In this document: positions 49,638 to 54,158 of the stretch, in pieces | Layout: each line of letters begins with the position of its first letter | How positions within the stretch are numbered: position 1 is the first letter of the stretch | NCBI GenBank assembly: GCA_005792635.1 | Contig: SXRF01000102.1 | Span: 1 to 54,158, forward strand | DNA length: 54,158 nucleotides | Origin: Rickettsiales bacterium | GTDB taxonomy: Bacteria; Pseudomonadota; Alphaproteobacteria; Rickettsiales; SXRF01 | Direction of reading: 5' to 3' | The notes under the pieces: generated by a model | What the model was told of the DNA's origin: nothing | Seen by the model: the letters and a program-made list of their open reading frames with translations, nothing else | Databases searched by the model: none | Made by a program: the position numbers and the translations under genes

Positions 49638-52313
49638 CTAATCGTCCAAGCTGATCATCTTCTGCCACCAGCCGCGTTTTGGCGGGGATGCTGGCTCTGA
49701 TTTTGCAGGCTCAGTGGACTGCGCCACTGTTTCTGGCTTATGGTCATGAAACGGTTTATAGGTTGGCGGCGCAGGAATCGCCGCAGGGCGAGCATCCGTC
49801 GCAAAGGCGGGCAGAACCGCTCCATCAACCATCGCCGCCGCACCACCATCCCAGCGGGTTGGCGCATCGTCAGCCTTCGTTTCCGCAGTTGCCGCATCGC
49901 CACGATCACGCCATTTGCGACGACCTCTATCGGTTCTTTCCTGCGCTCTTTCCCGCGGTTGGCGGTTTTCTTCTTGTGGTTTTGCCTCAGAAGTTTCGGG
50001 ATTTTCTTGTGGAAAATCAATAACATTATCGCTGTTTTGATTTTCAACAGTGCCATTATTATTCGGGCGAGCATCACGACCGCGCCCGCCACGACGCCGC
50101 GGACGACGGTTTCTGCGTGCGCCTTCACCTTCGCTCGCTTCTGTCGCAACCGCTTCACCACCTGCTATTTCTGGCTCGGAAGCTGTTGTTTCTACATTGC
50201 GCTGACGGTCTTGTCGTTCGGCTCGCTCTTGTCTCTCTGGGCGTTCACGACGCGGCGGACGGCGGTCATTGTCGTTGCGCTCTGGTCTGTCCGCCCGTTC
50301 TGTGCGCTCACCACCCTGTGATTTACGGATTTTCTCAATGTTGAATTCGGAAGCGGTTAGCTCGGTATTAATCAGAATCTGGATGGTAACGCTGTAACGA
50401 TTTTCCAGTTCGCGCAGGGCGTCGCGCTTACTATTGAGCATATAGAGTGCGATGGTTTGTGGCGCAATTACGCGAATGGTAACGGCATTGCCGCTGCCCG
50501 CTTCTTTTTCAATGGCGCGGATAACCTGAATTGCCATGGATTCATTAGAACGAATTATCCCGCGACCAAGGCAATGTGGGCATTCACTCATGCTGGTTTC
50601 GGAAATGCTCGGGCGCAAGCGTTGGCGCGACATTTCCAGCAAACCAAACGGGCTGATGCGCCCAAGCTGAATTTTTGCGCGGTCATTTTTCAGGGAATCT
50701 TTGAGCATTTTTTCCACAGCGCGGCGATTGCGCGATTCCATCATGTCGATAAAATCGATCACCACCAAACCAGCAAGATCGCGTAGGCGCAGCTGGCGAG
50801 CCACTTCGGCGGCGGCGTCCAGATTGGTGCGTAGTGCGGTTTCTTCAATATTGCGCTCACCCGTTGCCTTGCCCGAATTAACATCAATGGAAATAAGAGC
50901 TTCGGTAGGGTTTATCACCAAATACGCGCCTGATTTCATTTTTACCACTGGCTCATGCATAGAAAGCAGTTGTTCTTCAATGCCATAGGTGTAGAAAAGC
51001 GGGGTAGGGGAGGTGTGTTGCTTGATTTTTGCGACATGGCTCGGCGAGAGCAATTTCATAAATTCGCGGGCAGATTTGAAACCTGTTTCACCCTCAACGA
51101 TTACCTCGTCAATGTCGTTGCTATATTGGTCGCGGATGGCGCGTTTGATGATGTCGCCTTCCTCGTAAATAAGGGCGGGAGCGTTGGATTTTAAGGTGTC
51201 TTCACGGATGGCATTCCACAAATTCACCAGATAATCAAAGTCGCGCTTGATTTCGGCGCGGGTTCTGTCCATGCCAGCTGTGCGGATGATGACGCTCATA
51301 CCCTCGGCGAGGCGGAACTCGGTGGAGATGGCTTTAAGGCGTTTGCGGTCTTCCGCGCTGGCGATTTTACGAGAAATTCCACCGTCTTTCGGTGAGTTGG
51401 GCATCAGCACGCAATAGCGACCAGCCAGCGACAAATAGGTGGTAACCGACACGCCTTTATTGCCGCGCTCTTCCTTGATAACCTGAATGAGGACGATTTG
51501 CCCGCGGCGGATAACCTCTTGAATTTTATAGCGACGCATGAATAGATTGCGCTTGTGGCGGTTTTCGCGTTCCTCATCATTTGGGGCAATATCGCTGTCA
51601 TTGCTAGCAATTGCAGCAGTTTCAACCGTTTCAACATTTTCCACAGCTTCATCAGCCGCTTCGACATTATTGACAGCGGCATCGCCAGAGGTTTCGTTAG
51701 AATTCAAGGCTGAATTATCACTCGAATTGTCGGAAATATTTTCTGATTGCTCAGCGGTTTGAGTTGGAATTTCAATGGTTTCAATTGCTGGGGCTAGCTC
51801 GTTGCTTAACTCAACAAAAGGAAGGGTTTCGCTGATTGAAATATCAATTGCGCCTTGGGTTAGATAGGCTGGGCGTTCGGCTTCTTCTCCCGCCTTGATT
51901 TCTTCACTGGTGGTTTGATTTTCCGTTGTAAAATCAGCTTCTTGCGTTTCAGCAGCATGTTCAGTTTCACTGACGCTAGTCGCCACAGCGTCAATTGCAT
52001 CATCAATTGAACTGGCATTTTCAATTTCCCGCGCCATCTCTTCCATAAGTTTAATACGGTCAGAAATGGGGATTTGGTAATAGTCAGAGTGAATCTCAGC
52101 GAAGGGCAAAAACCCTTGTTTTCCCCCACCATATTCAACAAATGCCGCTTGCAAAGACGGCTCAACCCGCGTGATTTTCGCGAGGTAAATATTGCCTTTG
52201 AGTTGTTTTTTGGCGGTACTTACGAAATCAAAATCGTAAATCTGGGATTCATCAGCAATAGCAACGCGGGTTTCTTCGGCGTGCAAAGCATCTATCAGCA
52301 TTCTTTTAGCCAT
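49638..52313 (-). CDS. rne: Ribonuclease E
   Basis: 891 aa. N-terminus MAKRMLIDALHAEETRVAI..., an S1 domain split by a long acidic insert, the catalytic core (GLVVIDFIDM, CPHCLGRG) and an Arg/Pro/Glu-rich C-terminal scaffold. Confidence 0.92.
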   Translation of the reverse strand: MAKRMLIDALHAEETRVAIADESQIYDFDFVSTAKKQLKGNIYLAKITRVEPSLQAAFVEYGGGKQGFLPFAEIHSDYYQIPISDRIKLMEEMAREIENASSIDDAIDAVATSVSETEHAAETQEADFTTENQTTSEEIKAGEEAERPAYLTQGAIDISISETLPFVELSNELAPAIETIEIPTQTAEQSENISDNSSDNSALNSNETSGDAAVNNVEAADEAVENVETVETAAIASNDSDIAPNDEERENRHKRNLFMRRYKIQEVIRRGQIVLIQVIKEERGNKGVSVTTYLSLAGRYCVLMPNSPKDGGISRKIASAEDRKRLKAISTEFRLAEGMSVIIRTAGMDRTRAEIKRDFDYLVNLWNAIREDTLKSNAPALIYEEGDIIKRAIRDQYSNDIDEVIVEGETGFKSAREFMKLLSPSHVAKIKQHTSPTPLFYTYGIEEQLLSMHEPVVKMKSGAYLVINPTEALISIDVNSGKATGERNIEETALRTNLDAAAEVARQLRLRDLAGLVVIDFIDMMESRNRRAVEKMLKDSLKNDRAKIQLGRISPFGLLEMSRQRLRPSISETSMSECPHCLGRGIIRSNESMAIQVIRAIEKEAGSGNAVTIRVIAPQTIALYMLNSKRDALRELENRYSVTIQILINTELTASEFNIEKIRKSQGGERTERADRPERNDNDRRPPRRERPERQERAERQDRQRNVETTASEPEIAGGEAVATEASEGEGARRNRRPRRRGGRGRDARPNNNGTVENQNSDNVIDFPQENPETSEAKPQEENRQPRERAQERTDRGRRKWRDRGDAATAETKADDAPTRWDGGAAAMVDGAVLPAFATDARPAAIPAPPTYKPFHDHKPETVAQSTEPAKSEPASPPKRGWWQKMISLDD

Positions 52314-52315
52314 GT

Positions 52316-52337
52316 GGCGACTCCTTTTTTGGTCGCC
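52316..52337 (-). promoter_or_regulatory. Hairpin abutting the rne start codon, overlapping the SD
   Basis: mRNA sense reads GGCGAC-CAAAAAAGGA-GUCGCC-AC-AUG. It has a 6-bp GC-rich stem, and the AAGGAG SD is partly in the loop and 3' arm. Confidence 0.4.
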
Positions 52338-52748
52338 TCACAGAATTCTAGCAGCGTTTAAGTTTCAGATAGGCAGCATTCAAACGAACAAGCATCAGCA
52401 CCTCCGCGCCCATGAAAAAACAAGGGGTGCGAAATAGTATGTGGTGAAAAACTTATAAAAAACAAACCCATAAGATGTATAACTAGCTTTAGAACCGTGA
52501 GGTCACAATTTATAAAATTAATAAAAAACTTGCGAGAACAACAGCATTTTTAGCTCCACCATCGCGCTTTCTAACAAATTACTGAAGCGCGACAGGACAA
52601 ATACCATCACCCCGTATTCCTTAAGAGGCAATATAACCTGCCTAGAAAAAAACACAATGCTATTTTTGCTATTTTTATGCTAGATTTTTTTTCTGCCCGC
52701 GTTATACAGATTATCATGTTTTTTATTATTTGATGGGAACTTATAATT

Positions 52749-53144
52749 ATGTCCAGCTCTCCCCGCCCGCTATCTCCGCATCTTACCATTTATCGCCCGC
52801 AAATTAGCTCGGTTCTGTCCATTCTACACCGTATAACTGGCTGTATGCTGTATTTTGGGACGCTGCTCCTGATTGCTTTCATCTGCGTTGTCGCGTATTT
52901 TCCAGAGCATTATCAAGTGCTACGCGATTTTTTATCTGGCGTTGAAGGGCGGCTCGCGCTTTTTGGCTGGGCTTTTGGGTTTTTCCTTCATTTATTCAAT
53001 GGAATTCGCCATCTTTTCTGGGATATGGGCAAGGGGTTTGATATTCCAACCGTCAATAAAACTGGGGTTTTATCGGTAATTTGTGCAATTATTTCTAGTC
53101 TAGCAGTTTTCGCTATCGCCTATCATAATGCGGGGATTTTATAA
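52749..53144 (+). CDS. sdhC: Succinate dehydrogenase cytochrome b556 subunit SdhC
   Basis: 131 aa with RPLSPHLTIYRPQISSVLSILHRITG and three TM segments. Confidence 0.88.
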   Translation: MSSSPRPLSPHLTIYRPQISSVLSILHRITGCMLYFGTLLLIAFICVVAYFPEHYQVLRDFLSGVEGRLALFGWAFGFFLHLFNGIRHLFWDMGKGFDIPTVNKTGVLSVICAIISSLAVFAIAYHNAGIL

Positions 53145-53146
53145 TT

Positions 53147-53557
53147 ATGAAGAATAGTAATGTATTGAATTTTCGTAGTAAATTGAGCGTAGCTCGCGGG
53201 CTTGGCTCGGCAAAAACTGGTGTTTCGCATTGGTGGTTTCAGCGGGTAACGGCGGTGGCACTTATTCCTTTGCTGCTGTGGTTTTTAAGCGCGGTGGTTT
53301 CGGTTATGTTGTCGCCCAATGTTTTTGTGGTGGCGCATTGGTTTTCCTCGCCAGTGAACGCTTTGCTAATGGTGCTTATGTTGTTCGCGCTGTTTTTCCA
53401 TGCCAAGCTTGGTTTGCAAGTGGTGGTTGAGGATTATATACACAGCCCGTATCTTAAATATTTCGCGTTACTTTTCAATAGCTTTTTCTGCTTTGCGGCG
53501 GCGGCATTTTGCATAATTGCCGTTCTAAAACTTCATTTTCTGGATGTAGCAATATGA
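53147..53557 (+). CDS. sdhD: Succinate dehydrogenase membrane anchor SdhD
   Basis: 136 aa with [18 protein letters not shown]. It lies between sdhC and sdhA. Confidence 0.85.
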   Translation: MKNSNVLNFRSKLSVARGLGSAKTGVSHWWFQRVTAVALIPLLLWFLSAVVSVMLSPNVFVVAHWFSSPVNALLMVLMLFALFFHAKLGLQVVVEDYIHSPYLKYFALLFNSFFCFAAAAFCIIAVLKLHFLDVAI

Positions 53558-54158
53558 CAACAAACAATAAATTGGCTTATAAAATTATTGATCATTATCA
53601 CGATGTTGTTGTTGTTGGTGCTGGTGGCGCGGGCCTTCGCGCTACATTTGGCATGGCGGCGGCGGGCTTAAACACCGCCTGTGTCACCAAGGTTTTCCCA
53701 ACCCGCAGCCACACAGTGGCGGCGCAAGGCGGCATCTCCGCAGCTCTGGGCAATATGGGCGAGGATGACTGGCGTTGGCACATGTATGACCCCATCAAGG
53801 GGTCGGATTGGCTTGGCGATCAAGACGCGATTGAGTATATGTGTAAAAATGCGGCGGCGGCGGTGATTGAGCTGGAGCATTATGGCGTTCCATTTTCGCG
53901 CACAAAAGAAGGCAAAATCTATCAACGCCCCTTTGGCGGCATGACCACCGATTACGGCAAAGGCACAGCGCAGCGCACCTGCGCGGCAGCGGACAGAACT
54001 GGTCACGCGATTTTGCACACGCTATATACGCAGGCTCTGCGCCATAAAGCGCAGTTTTTTATTGAATATTTCGCCACTGATTTGCTGATGGATGAGGACG
54101 GAACTTGCCGCGGGGTAATCGCGTGGAATTTGGACGACGGCACAATCCACCGCTTCAA
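53554..54158 (+). CDS. sdhA: Succinate dehydrogenase flavoprotein SdhA, N-terminal ~201 aa; runs off the window
   Basis: ATG 53554 overlaps the sdhD stop (ATGA). [26 protein letters not shown] (the FAD-linking His) and [14 protein letters not shown]. Not in the ORF track because it is open-ended. Confidence 0.9.
   Translation, partial: MTTNNKLAYKIIDHYHDVVVVGAGGAGLRATFGMAAAGLNTACVTKVFPTRSHTVAAQGGISAALGNMGEDDWRWHMYDPIKGSDWLGDQDAIEYMCKNAAAAVIELEHYGVPFSRTKEGKIYQRPFGGMTTDYGKGTAQRTCAAADRTGHAILHTLYTQALRHKAQFFIEYFATDLLMDEDGTCRGVIAWNLDDGTIHRF

Noticed and set aside
1-54158. Looked for mobile-element hallmarks bounding the metal island or glycan cluster (integrase, transposase, tRNA, long direct repeats).
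   Set aside because: No such ORF or tRNA-like sequence was recognised. Island status rests only on composition and gene content.

Overview
The window has three compositionally distinct blocks; taxonomy was not tested, but the sdhCDA, hisZ and rne context suggests Alphaproteobacteria. (1) Positions 1-21.7 kb form a single-strand (minus), tightly packed envelope metal-stress island. It holds a CopB-type P1B ATPase with ICMT-like, DUF2933-like and Met/Cys-rich accessory genes, two MerR paralogues, MerP/MerT-like genes without merA, an HME-RND CBA efflux pump, several His/Met/Cys-rich secreted proteins, a LolA paralogue and a CnrYXH-like ECF module. At its low-coordinate end the island runs directly into fabI, an AckA-PduL fusion and a DUF3141-like gene. 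(2) Positions 22.9-47.4 kb are a visibly AT-rich, minus-strand surface-polysaccharide or glycan cluster. It encodes a GDP-heptose pathway, a ColD/E1-like 3-dehydratase, a split transketolase, WbpO/WbpP/AsnB-like genes, an ABC flippase and two Wzy_C-family proteins. (3) Positions 48-54 kb are core genes: hisZ, rne and sdhCDA. The most interesting signals: (a) a strictly spaced motif, TGAGGGAT-N14-CGTA, occurs five times on the minus strand plus one near-copy on the plus strand, each in front of a gene or operon, and looks like the regulon of the island's own ECF sigma. (b) A MerR-type regulator is fused in frame, through a signal-peptide-like or TM segment, to an outer-membrane-barrel-like beta domain, with MerP/MerT-like genes downstream. 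(c) Three near-identical MerR-type promoters have 20-bp spacers, and one drives an unannotated 58-aa Cys-cluster peptide. No tRNA, rRNA, CRISPR array, transposase or integrase was recognised.
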